Assembly (NCBI GenBank): GCA_024704765.1
Contig: JAKMXF010000022.1
Coordinates: 372,001-436,000, forward strand
From: Oopsacas minuta
Lineage: Eukaryota; Animalia; Porifera
Length of the DNA: 64,000 nucleotides
Reading direction: 5' to 3'
In this document: positions 35,529 to 46,621 of the stretch, piece after piece
Layout: every line of letters starts with the position of its first letter
Position numbering within the stretch: position 1 is the first letter of the stretch
The notes under the pieces: model-generated
Database searches by the model: none
What the model was told of the DNA's origin: nothing
The model's input: only the letters and a program-made list of their open reading frames with translations
Translations under genes and position numbers: made by a program

Positions 35529-36197
35529 ATGATAAGCGACCCTGACCTGGCTCACTGTATCTTATTTCCATCTGATGTTCTTGTTCTATTAACCTTTATA
35601 CTATATATTTATTATTTAGTTGACATGTGTCAGGGGATTCGTCAAGTTGCTCTTGAGACTGACAGTAGTGAATTTGCTGCAATCACACGTAGATTTCATC
35701 AATCTATGCCATACGCTGGAGTTATCACGATTACAAAGATAATCAATCCAGATAGTTGGAAAATGTTTGAGGCGAATATTAAGCAAGAACTTCCCAGATT
35801 CCCAAATATATGTCTAACTATTCGCCTCCTCTTCCACGGTTCTAGCAAAACTGATCCTAATATTATTATCAAAGATTCCACCGGATTTAATATGAAGTTT
35901 GCAGACAGAGGCTTGTGGGGTCATGGAATTTATTTTGCTTTCAGTTCCTCCTATGCACATCGCTATTGTTTCAATATTGCAAAAGAAAGACATTGTATAT
36001 TTGCTGCTTCAGTATTAATTGGAAATTCAAAACAATTGCCTCAGAATAGAAGTTTAACTGGGCCTCCTCCCATGCCTAACGGTAGAGATAATTACCACAG
36101 CGTCCAGGGTACACGTGATGGAGAACTGATTCATGTTGTATACAAGAATTCTATGGCTTATCCTAACTATCTGATAACATATGCAACTCATACGTAA
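35529..36197 (+). CDS. Stand-alone PARP catalytic domain, predicted mono-ADP-ribosyltransferase
   Basis: LFHGS, GFN, WGHGIYFA, YAHRY, VLIG, IHVVY, AYPNYLITY. The hydrophobic N-terminal part of the track ORF is probably a 63-nt in-frame intron (35557-35619, GTATCT...TTTAG). Confidence 0.9.
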   Translation: MISDPDLAHCILFPSDVLVLLTFILYIYYLVDMCQGIRQVALETDSSEFAAITRRFHQSMPYAGVITITKIINPDSWKMFEANIKQELPRFPNICLTIRLLFHGSSKTDPNIIIKDSTGFNMKFADRGLWGHGIYFAFSSSYAHRYCFNIAKERHCIFAASVLIGNSKQLPQNRSLTGPPPMPNGRDNYHSVQGTRDGELIHVVYKNSMAYPNYLITYATHT

Positions 36198-36695
36198 GCT
36201 ATTTTATTATTTGTTAGATCATTTTAAGTTTATTATAGATTTATATTTTCGATCTATTTTCGTGGGATTTTTATTTTATCTACAAATTATTTATTTATTT
36301 ATTTATTGTATTTTCTGACTTAATAGCTGTCTCTTAGTAGCTGGTATTATGTGATTATTTCAAAATATGTAGACCATTCATTACGTATTTGATTATATTA
36401 ATTTCCTAGACAGATTGCATTTTCATAGGGGTAATTATTGAATTGGTAATCGATCTAGGGGAATAGGGGTAATTGAATCAATTGTTTGGGATCCTCCGCC
36501 TATTCTGATTCTAAATATTCTGCCTTTTATCGATTATATTAGCCAATAAGGAATATGATGTGGCATTGAAATAGCATGTGGTTACGGGAATTAATAGGAA
36601 TCAAGCAACCAACTTAGGGCTATCTATACCTGATCACGTAATTCTTTTTATCTAGCTATCTTAATCCTAATCTTAACTAATTCTACAAACACAAT

Positions 36696-38258
36696 ATGGT
36701 TCGAAAACTTTACGATTTATGCATCTTAGCTATTGAACTGAATCTCAAACACATTCCTAAGTTGAGAATTAATCTGCCTGGCTACCTTAGAGAGCTCCTC
36801 CTCCATAGACTAGCACTTCATAACCATCTCAGTCCTCCTCACAAACCTTACGTAACGTACAACTTATTCTCAGACTCTCTTAAACACATTAATTTTAGCT
36901 ATTGTACACAGATAACTGATGATTTGTTCTGTCTACTAAACGATTGTGGTTGTAAACTGACAAGTTTCTGTTTGAATACTAGTTTAGGATTCTCTGTTGA
37001 AGGGCTAGCTAATTTTCTACTCGCACAAGATGAATTGGAAATATTAAAATTGAAAAGACTGCATACTCTGTCTTTATTGGACTCGTTTGAAGGGAAAATT
37101 CGATCTACAAGGCTAAGCGAGCTTTCCTTCACATATTGTGATTTTATGACAGACAAGATTTTGTGTTCAATAGGTTTGTATTCCAAAGGTATAACCAAGT
37201 TAAGGCTGGAGCGAATGAAGCTGATAACAGATGAAGGAGTTGTAGGCTTGTTGAAGCAGCAAACTGAAGGGAAATTGATAATTTTTAAAGTTTATCGAAT
37301 GTTTGAATTGTCAGGGAAAACATTGGATTCATTTTCAGAATTCTCACCCAAATTAGAACAACTTATTATACCAAATTGCACTAAAGTATCTTTATTGTCT
37401 ATTTATACTGTTCTCTCTAAATGCGGCAATTTAAAAGTATTGGATATTCCAATTACAACCAATCTTACCGGTGAAACTTTTGGCGAGATTATCTCACAGA
37501 AATGGAATAGTCTCCAACAACTGAATATTAGCGGCAATACTATTGTTCCTGAGACGATGGCACTGCTGTCTGTAGCATTCCCAAATTTAAAGAAATTCTA
37601 TTTTGGAGGTACCGAAATCAACAACTCTATTTTTGAGCAACTTCTAATGAATTTTAATGGACTAACTACTTTTGATTGTATGTACTGTAGGAATGCAGAT
37701 CAGAAAACTTCTGAATTAATCTCAGAATATTGTCACTCTTTGGAGACGTTAGCGATTGGAGCTTGGAAACTTGACGGAGAGGGATTGTTACCCTTGTTTG
37801 AGGAGAATAGAGCACTTAAGCTAACTTCAATTGAGCTTACAGGTTGTAAGAACACTTCTCCAAGAGTACTAAATTCTCTAATAGGAAACTGTAAGAATCT
37901 AGAGGTTCTATTTCTACGTGGAATTAACGCTGTAGACGATCAGACTGTCTATGATATTGCTAACAACTTAAAACAGCTTAAAAAGATAAGTTTTCGCGGT
38001 TGTACTCACATATTGTTAGAAGAAAGTTTAGTCGAATTGATCCTAGAGTGTAGAATGCTACAAATGATTGGATTCCCTGGTCTTTTGTGTGTACGAGACA
38101 GACTAATATATGTAATAGCTGATAACCTATTTGATCTGGAAGTGTTGTATATTGACGGATGTAATTATGTCAGTTCACATGCACTGGATTATCTACGTAG
38201 AAAGACTACTTCTACCTTGTATATCGAGCATAAACTGGTTGGAGCTATACACATATGA
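36696..38258 (+). CDS. Cys-containing LRR protein (AMN1/FBXL-like) with BC-box-like N-terminus
   Basis: VRKLYDLCILAI...LPGYLRELLL resembles the AMN1 N-terminus; about 15 LxxLxLxxCxxI(T/S)D repeats; intronless. Confidence 0.8.
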   Translation: MVRKLYDLCILAIELNLKHIPKLRINLPGYLRELLLHRLALHNHLSPPHKPYVTYNLFSDSLKHINFSYCTQITDDLFCLLNDCGCKLTSFCLNTSLGFSVEGLANFLLAQDELEILKLKRLHTLSLLDSFEGKIRSTRLSELSFTYCDFMTDKILCSIGLYSKGITKLRLERMKLITDEGVVGLLKQQTEGKLIIFKVYRMFELSGKTLDSFSEFSPKLEQLIIPNCTKVSLLSIYTVLSKCGNLKVLDIPITTNLTGETFGEIISQKWNSLQQLNISGNTIVPETMALLSVAFPNLKKFYFGGTEINNSIFEQLLMNFNGLTTFDCMYCRNADQKTSELISEYCHSLETLAIGAWKLDGEGLLPLFEENRALKLTSIELTGCKNTSPRVLNSLIGNCKNLEVLFLRGINAVDDQTVYDIANNLKQLKKISFRGCTHILLEESLVELILECRMLQMIGFPGLLCVRDRLIYVIADNLFDLEVLYIDGCNYVSSHALDYLRRKTTSTLYIEHKLVGAIHI

Positions 38259-39982
38259 TTGTTAACGTTTGTTGTTGTTGTTTTTGTTATGTTTTGTATT
38301 TTTATTCGTTTGTTCGTGATTACTGATAAATTATTTTCTACTACACTTCAGTTCTCTTTTACTCCCAGGGCTGTGGCTTCGGATACTAAGCATCACCTGT
38401 GACAATTACGTCATAATTTCGTCATAGGTGTGAATTTTCTTCCAAGACTCGAACTTGTCCGAGTCAGGCCCAAACACCCCTGTATCCCATAAATCAGCCC
38501 TGGGGTCTTCCAGTCCCTTCAATCAATCCTGGATTTACAAACATATATAGTTATATACACATATATGATAGATTAATTGCGTTTTCATAATGTAGATTCT
38601 ACTGTTTACTATTACTAATGTTTCTATATATTTTTCATATTAATTCATCACCTAATGAAGTTTCTGACAGATGAAATGCTTCAGATGAATACCATTATCT
38701 AGTTATTTCATTACTTCACAATATTGCTCTCCGCCATACATTCTTTGGTGAGTTTTTGTTCAATTATCACATTGTTAATTAGCGAAAGTAACTCATCCCA
38801 TGATCTTATCAATAATGTAATTAATTGTTTATCCTCACATTGTCTACATTCTAAGTAGCATAAGAATTAATAAACTTAAAATAGACTCAACTTTAATTAG
38901 TTCTGTTGTATTGGTACTTGTACAACTCATTGTAAACTTTAACGATTTTGTAAGATGTTTTTACAAGAATTATTTTTTCGTTGTATCTGTTTCCTTCCAT
39001 ATGTTGCATCCCGTATATGAGTACAATTTGTGTAATATTGCTATTCCTAGCTATCAAGAAGGATATCTTTGATTCGATCTTATAAGATATCTTTACTATA
39101 AGTTAATGTATTCTTGCTTTCTCTCTTATTAGCGAACAAGGAAGCAATATTTCTTTATTCGAATCCTTCCAACGAGCCATATATAAAGATAAATACCATA
39201 TAAACGCTTCTGCAGATTAGAAGGTACGAATCTGTTAGTTGTATAATAAACTAGTTTGAATTGAATTTACATATGACTTCAGAATTGTTCTTATTCGGAG
39301 ATTCATTCATTCGAATTATTTCCTTACTAATCATGGAAGTCAATTGTACCAGCCAGTCATGTGAAATTACTTAATTAGATAGTTCACTACTATTGTAATA
39401 ATAGGTGTATAGAGATGGCACAATTATCTACCAGTACATGATAATGAACTTATTCATGTGTAATATTATTTTCATATTTTAATAATTAATAACAATATCC
39501 CTGCACATTTGAGAAAATATATTTCATGTTCATTATTTCTGATTCCTCCACCCATATCCAACCAATGCTCCACCTTTTTCATCATATTTCGTATAACACA
39601 ATGCCTGTGCTTAATTAATTAAAATCGTACGTAAATACGAAATCCAATAAACTCTGCTCGATACTAACTTGATTGTTCAAGGGCGTATTCGTTAATAGAG
39701 AATGGGAGTACATTATATTAAATATATTCAAATTAGCTACACTGACTGGTACACACAATGCAATCTAGCCAAATTAAAATGACTTATCTGGATAAGTATC
39801 GGATAACATAGTCAATTAGGTTTCTCTATCACAATTACCTGCTCTATATGACTTCATTAACCTTATTGAACTTGGATACTACGGAGATGTATTTAAAGCA
39901 ATAATGTCTATTCTGCAAATTAATACTATAGTCAATAATCATAAATATATACTATATTTCACATTTTCCATATCTTTCAACA

Positions 39983-41161
39983 ATGAATTCTGCTATTGAC
40001 TCTTCTGCTTGTTTGAATTGCAAAATTATCTCAAATGAATGTAAATTACTAAATTGTTGCCATTCGCTATGTGACGTTTGTTTCTACAATTTCCTATCCA
40101 ATGATACCCTTCATTGCCCCAACTGTCAAATCCACACCCAGTTATCAGACCTGCAAGACAACTTTGTCCTCTCAGAGGTTATGAATGCCCTACAGTTAGA
40201 ACAAAAATTCCAGCATGGAAAGAAGTGTGGCAATTGTACATCATTTTTTCCTTCCAAAGCAATGTATTACTGCATTGAATGTAAGAAGTTTTATTGCGCT
40301 TACGACTATACTGAACACCAGAATCTCCTTTCCCCACCCTACTACCATCACGTCGTTAAGAGCAACGGCAGAACTCCTACACCACAACCAGTTTCAAGCA
40401 CAACCTGCCGACACATTAATAAAGCTAGTTACTACTGTCTCGGCGAAAATCAAGCTATCTGCAGATATTGTGCTAAGAAAGATCATTCAGGTCATGAATG
40501 CGTTGCCATCGCACAAGTGCAAATAGAGAAAGTGGAAGAAATTAATAATCAACTTCAGATAATACTCAATAAAGTTAATTCCATCAATGATTATGTAAAG
40601 TCACTTGAAACTATGAGTCTTGATTTGGAACGTTATGAGAAGCAGACAGTGTCGGAGATAATAGACTACTATGACAATGAAATACGAAATATCCAGGAGA
40701 GACAACGCCTCGAACTTAATGGCTTCTTTACCGAAATGGAAAGCAGAAGAACTTCAATGTCGAATACAGTTCATCAAGCTAAACAACTCAAATCATTTTT
40801 AAAGCAAACTCATAGATTCATAAAATCCAGTACTTCCGTGCTCTCTCCTCCGACCTTCATTTCTAAAGCACATTTCCTTAGCACTCGTTGTGAAGATATC
40901 ATAAATATAACTCAGGACTTTAATTTTAACCTCCGAACAGTTATAGGACCATTTGACCATGACTTTTACAGGAAACCTGAAAGAGAGGAATCTATCCCTG
41001 GCTCCATGATTTCACTGGACTCTAGCATAGTTAATGCTAGAACCTGGTATAACAGCTCACAGTCTACTCGGAACAACAGTCAAACTAATCAGCATCATCT
41101 TGTATCACCACAAAGAAATTGGATGCGTTTTAGTCAATCCAAAGCAGCTACACTTCTCTAG
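39983..41161 (+). CDS. TRIM protein (RING, B-box 1, B-box 2, coiled coil), no C-terminal domain
   Basis: RING CLNC...CCHSLCDVC...CPNC; B-box 1 CGNC...YCIECKKFYC..D..EH; B-box 2 CRH..YYC..ICRYC..DH..H; coiled coil followed by a short S/N/Q-rich tail. Confidence 0.9.
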   Translation: MNSAIDSSACLNCKIISNECKLLNCCHSLCDVCFYNFLSNDTLHCPNCQIHTQLSDLQDNFVLSEVMNALQLEQKFQHGKKCGNCTSFFPSKAMYYCIECKKFYCAYDYTEHQNLLSPPYYHHVVKSNGRTPTPQPVSSTTCRHINKASYYCLGENQAICRYCAKKDHSGHECVAIAQVQIEKVEEINNQLQIILNKVNSINDYVKSLETMSLDLERYEKQTVSEIIDYYDNEIRNIQERQRLELNGFFTEMESRRTSMSNTVHQAKQLKSFLKQTHRFIKSSTSVLSPPTFISKAHFLSTRCEDIINITQDFNFNLRTVIGPFDHDFYRKPEREESIPGSMISLDSSIVNARTWYNSSQSTRNNSQTNQHHLVSPQRNWMRFSQSKAATLL

Positions 41162-41619
41162 TGTTTCATTACAACTCATTCTCAGCCCTCAGATTCATTA
41201 TGATAAGTACATTTAATTAGTCCAATTTATTCAATTTATCAATTAAAACACAATTTGATACTCTTTCATGTTTCTAATATAATATTATATATTTACTTAT
41301 GTAAAGTGTTTAATTAATAAAAGAATTAAAATTTTAGAAATAATAATTATTACTCCGAGCAATATTTGTTAATTGATTACTCATACTCATGAAAAATTAG
41401 CTGTCAAATTGTGTCTTGTAAGATTATACATGTCCCTTAGCCATAATACATTGGTTCATATATACTCATATTCCTGAGCAAGTTAATTACTGTAGCTATG
41501 TAATAGCACCCTTTGAGGGTAGAAAATACAGATACCTACATGCTAAATAAAATTAATCACAACATTGTATGCATTCATTGATTCATTAACTTCTATAATA
41601 TGCTTTATGGCGAAGTAAG

Positions 41620-42250
41620 TTATGCCTAGTTAGCTCTTTGATTTTGGTTACACCCCAGCAATGGTTGAAATGTGGGCGTTTACTCGAGACATATAATAAC
41701 CAGCTTACCCTATTTTCACTTGAACAACAGATAAATAATAATTACATACGCATATGCTATCTGTTTTGGTTAAGTCTAAGTATATGGGTGTTTAACCTAA
41801 AGATCTCCTCCTCACTTTCACTATATTTTATCTCTCACTTGTTGTTAATGAATTGCAAAACAATTAAACTCAATGTTGTTTTGGGCAGAAAGGTTGGAGT
41901 CCCTCCAAATTTACATAATTGTTTTGCATAATTATCCTATTTGAAATTATTGAATAAGAACACTGGGGTGAGACAGATTGGGAAGGTTATTAATACTTTG
42001 ACCTGAGAATTATTTGAAGAGAATTATCGGTCTTATATTGGGAAGTTTAGTCTTCTCCATAAAGAATTGATTACAAAAACACTATTAAACCTTGACCTAA
42101 GTAGTAGACTTTTCTTCAACAATCGAGTGATATCTTTACTGATACAATCAATTATCACTAATATTTGTGAGAAACTATTCTGTTAACATAAGCAAGTATT
42201 GATTTTTTGCAATCAAATCACCTACTCGTCAATTCTGGGCACATTTTACA
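41620..42250 (-). mobile_element. Decayed non-LTR retrotransposon reverse-transcriptase fragment
   Basis: Minus-strand remnants in the expected order: PNIRPIILFK*FS (NYRPISLL..FSK), YLDLTKTDSI (FLDLSKAFD), AGV* (GVPQG); many stops and frameshifts. Confidence 0.45.
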
Positions 42251-42908
42251 GGACTACGAAAGCGCATTCAAAATCATAAACCCATCCCTTTTCTACATAT
42301 AATCTGACCAGACAAAATATTCAGCCATTTCTAAAATTCCATACAAATAATACTATTATTTATAATGTTTTAACACTAATTTCTGCCAGACTCTGACTGT
42401 TTTTTATTATATAGTGGGTCTATTCTTGATGGTCAATACAATAGTACATTATTATTCAGAAGATATCTATATTTGGTATCAAATTTGCAATCTACTTATT
42501 CTGATAAATAAATTTCTAAGATTTGTGTGAAATACTCATTAATATGTTTAAAAATTTCCGACCCTGTGTCACTTAGTAAAACCTATCACCATATGTATAA
42601 TGGCTGTGTAAAGTGGCAGAAAGTGTAATGAGTCGAAAATAATCAGTATTAGCATTTAATATCTAAGCAGGAATTCCATATGCTGATGTTTTCAAATACG
42701 TAGAATGCAAATTTGACATGGGATATACTCTAAATATTACAGTTTTAGTGTATTGGCCCCTCAAGAATTGATCAGTACTATATTTAAATGGAAATTTTAG
42801 CATTGACTGAATACTTTTGTTGGCAAGGTATATAATATTTATAATAACTGGGTGACGAATATATGTATAGCCATGTTTTAACATAAAATGGACAACAGAT
42901 TCCTTATA

Positions 42909-43063
42909 TATAGCTCAACTATACTATAGTGCAGTTTTTTGTAATACAAAAACCCCAAACCCTCATTCCAAAAGGTGATTTTCATTAGGCCTAACAAATG
43001 ACCTTTCCTCGAACATAGAAAAGCTAATACACAAAAACTGTACTATAGTATAGTTGAGCTATG
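42909..43063. mobile_element. MITE with ~30-bp TIRs and TA target duplication (Tc1/mariner-type)
   Basis: atagctcaactatactatagtgcagttttt and aaaaactgtactatagtatagttgagctat are near-perfect inverses; TA on both sides. Confidence 0.7.
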
Positions 43064-43813
43064 TAGAAGTTATTTGAATGGGGGGGGACAATATTGTCAT
43101 GTATGCATAATCTGAATAAGTTGCAATAGGTCAGAAACGTGGGATATTGGACATAAATCTGATCTAGATAGTAGCTATGCATTGAAATCCACTCATGACT
43201 CATTTTGCATATTGTCATCTTTCTGATTGTATCTCTCATTTCTTCATTAATTGAGGAAGGAGCTGATATGTAAATGATAATATATTTTGTATAATAATAT
43301 TAAAGTGTTACTTTTTCCAATCTACGTACCTGAAATCTTCAAATATTTTCAACCTACTTTTACCAATATACTCTATATGTGGATTTTGATCGTGATAATG
43401 TAATTGTGTGTGGAATGTAGTATATGTTCGCAATATGTTGTATTAGCATATACTATTTAGAACACTACATTACATAGTTCTAAATTATAGTTCAGCCCAG
43501 TTACCCTAACATGTAAATGATATTTGATATTAATATTGCCATGTCCTAATTCGTAAGTTATGCTTCTAGGGACACTATTTGCAAATCCGTATTTGCTGAT
43601 TATCTTTTTTATCTACCATATTTTTATAATCTATTGCATTCCATGAATAAGCACCTGACGCTTAGTTTGGTTCAATGAAACCCTCGCTTATTCACGAAAA
43701 AGAATCTATTACTATTTTATGTGGAAACAACAATTCCCACTTCTCTGACTACGTATAATATTTAACTATTGAGCATAATATAATTCAAGAGAGAGGATCG
43801 TATCTTGTGTAAC

Positions 43814-43937
43814 CTATAGCGTAACTAGAATTAATGTAGAGGAGACAGTTGCCTCACCTCCCTATTATAATCGCCATAATATTAGGGAAAATATCCATCC
43901 TTGCCTCCTCGCTCTGAGATCTCTAGTTACGCCCAAG
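43814..43937. mobile_element. Small degenerate TIR element
   Basis: GCGTAACTAG...CTAGTTACGC inverted ends; gtaac repeated on both flanks. Confidence 0.4.
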
Positions 43938-45605
43938 GTAACACATACGCTATTCTGATTTTGAGAATAATTATAAATTCAGTTATGGAGAGTGTCGATT
44001 TTAACTCTACATATTGTAATGCATTGTGACTTCTCTTTCTTCTGATTTCTTTGTACCAGTAACTAATGACTGTATCTCATGTTCTGATACTTTTGCAACT
44101 AACTAATTTAGATCTAACTTTCAATAATGCAATAATGCTTGTGCATTAGTTACTGTGTACTCCCTCACAATTACCTGAATGGCCCTAAGCTCCTTGGAGG
44201 GGTTCCTAGAAATAATTAAATTTAGCCCTTCCCAAAATATATATTTTTAGAAAGTTTGGTACTTTTGTCGTGAGGAATTGACTGATACTAACCAACTACA
44301 CAATGCATTCAGGACGAGACGTACATTATTTCCTTAGGAAAAGATCGCGTAAGCATCTTAATAGCACGATTCAGCTTGGCATCGAGAAATAGTATAGAGG
44401 GAGGGAATTCATTGAAACACATTTTGTGAGAATGTAAATGGACTGTGTAATCAATTCCATCCAACTAGCATATTCATCGAACTTAATTATTGCTGTACGT
44501 AGTATTACGTTGGGCAACCATCTGAGGGTGAATTATATACAGATTCCACAGTCTCTAATCTTTATCTCTTTGTCATATTTTCTTATCACTATCTGTTTTT
44601 GTAATCTTTATTTTCGTAATTACGTAGGTGGTTTTACATATACTGGATATTCGTGAAACTCAAAAGGACATTTGAACAGTAACTTATTGAGACTTAAGGC
44701 ATAAGCTCTCAATAACTGGCAAGCAGGAACAGAACCCAACATAGAATAATCGAAACGATATAACACGAAATTAAATGAACCGAACATTTTCATAATGTTA
44801 CCGTATAATTTTTATCAAATACTTTTGCAGATATAAATAATACAATATTATAAACTAACGGCCAACATTAGTATTATTCATGTGTCTGCTTTTTGGCATC
44901 CCCAGTCACTCTCCAGTTTCTGCTTTACATTCTTCTTGTTGAGGAGAGGATTTGCAAAAAGTCCGTGAAATACTAGGACAATGGATATCTACGATCTTAC
45001 AATATCCCCTGTACACTGTGTATACTGAAATTCAATCCCAAAATAGCATACCATAACTTTTCCTTAACAACGGATATATAGACAAAATAGCAATCCCTGT
45101 CATCTTTAACGCTCCAATATGATATTTTACCATAAGCTAGATCTTCTGATGCTATTAATCCAACTCAGATAAATACGATATATTATGTTATTAGTAATTC
45201 AGTTTTCTCTTAGCCTATTTTAATGATCTAAGTATAATATACTTTCATGTTTATGTTATTCTCGCAATTACCCCATCTGACAGATTAATAAAACTGCTAT
45301 CAATCAGCAATATTTATCTTACAACATGCTAGACATGTGGTAAACATTTTCATTTATTGAAGAGATACACAGTGATATACGTATTTGCATTATAATACCT
45401 GTAATAGAATTTTCTAAGTTTGCTGATTTTATCATCTTTCGGTGATTATTATATCTTACAGTAAACTCTCGTTATAACCAAGTGCTGGGGACCCCGGTTT
45501 GATTTATGAGTCATAGGATTCATAGTTTTTACTGTGCCGAATAATACTATTACATAAGTATAGTGGCTCAGTTCTAAAATTATTGGCTTAGTATATTAGT
45601 TACTA

Positions 45606-45707
45606 CAGTAGAACTCGGATAAGACGTACCCCCTCGGGAAACAGAAATTAGTACGTCTTAACCGAGTGTACGTCTTAAGCCGAGTACGTCTTATCCGAGT
45701 TCTACTG
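45606..45707. mobile_element. pogo/Tigger-type MITE, 102 bp
   Basis: Perfect 24-bp TIR CAGTAGAACTCGGATAAGACGTAC, TA duplication on both sides, internal repeats of gtacgtctta.ccgagt. Confidence 0.88.
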
Positions 45708-46621
45708 TATATATGGATGTGTATGTTTTCGCTCTGCTATTCACACCTTTAGAGATTAAGACGCCAAATATGGCACGTGCACCCATAGTGACATCTATTG
45801 TGTACCTGACATTTGAAAAATTTCATGTGTATATTTTCACACCTTTTGACACTTCTGTATTTTAGCCCAATCAGATTGTAGGGTTTTAAAAATAGGCTTA
45901 AATACATAAAATTAGTTCTGGCGGAGTATTTGTAATTAAATTAGCGCTGGAATATATTTGTATTGATGTAGACTGTAATTCTATTGGTCAATATATTCAA
46001 TTAAATATGTATATACGGTAGACATTATCATATGATTAATCATATTTTCACACCTTTGGTGAACATTTCAATATTATCCTAGAGATTAGCTTCCACTTGT
46101 TAAATTGGGGTAAACGGGGACGTATAATTCGATTTTTAACATTTAAATGTCTAACAAGATTAGTAAAATTCAATTTTATCTTTCTTTGCTATAATAGATA
46201 TTTAGTAGAATAATATAGTTCCAATAATCCACTAAAATTTGATATGTCATCTGATGTGAAAATTACTGTTTAATTAATAATTATGATTCCTGATATTAAA
46301 GTCATCTTGGTCATATAAATATCACAATAATCGGTAAATGCTGTTCGTAACAGGCTCAATATCCAGGTTACGAAATAACCATCTGTACAACTAATTCATA
46401 TTCATATTCATCATGTTAGGCTAGGCTATTCTCCTTTCAGCTACATAGTATACGTACGTATAATCATGGGAGAGACGGATTCAATTTCACATAGCATCCA
46501 TAGTGGATGACATCTCACTGTACTTCATCACGCATGTATAAAATCATGTATAAACTTACACTTTGCATACGATTATTTTTGTTGATTGATTTGCTAATAC
46601 ATTCATTATTTAACTACAACG

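Noticed and set aside
23830-35899. Short ORFs overlapping sacsin and PARP on other frames or strand
   Set aside because: Shadows of long coding frames with no independent motifs.
38366-38500. hAT-like element (CAGGGCTG...CAGCCCTG)
   Set aside because: Only an 8-bp inverted match and no target-site duplication.
41638-44656. ORFs 41638, 42663, 43024, 44438
   Set aside because: AT-rich chance ORFs over TE remnants; no domain signal.
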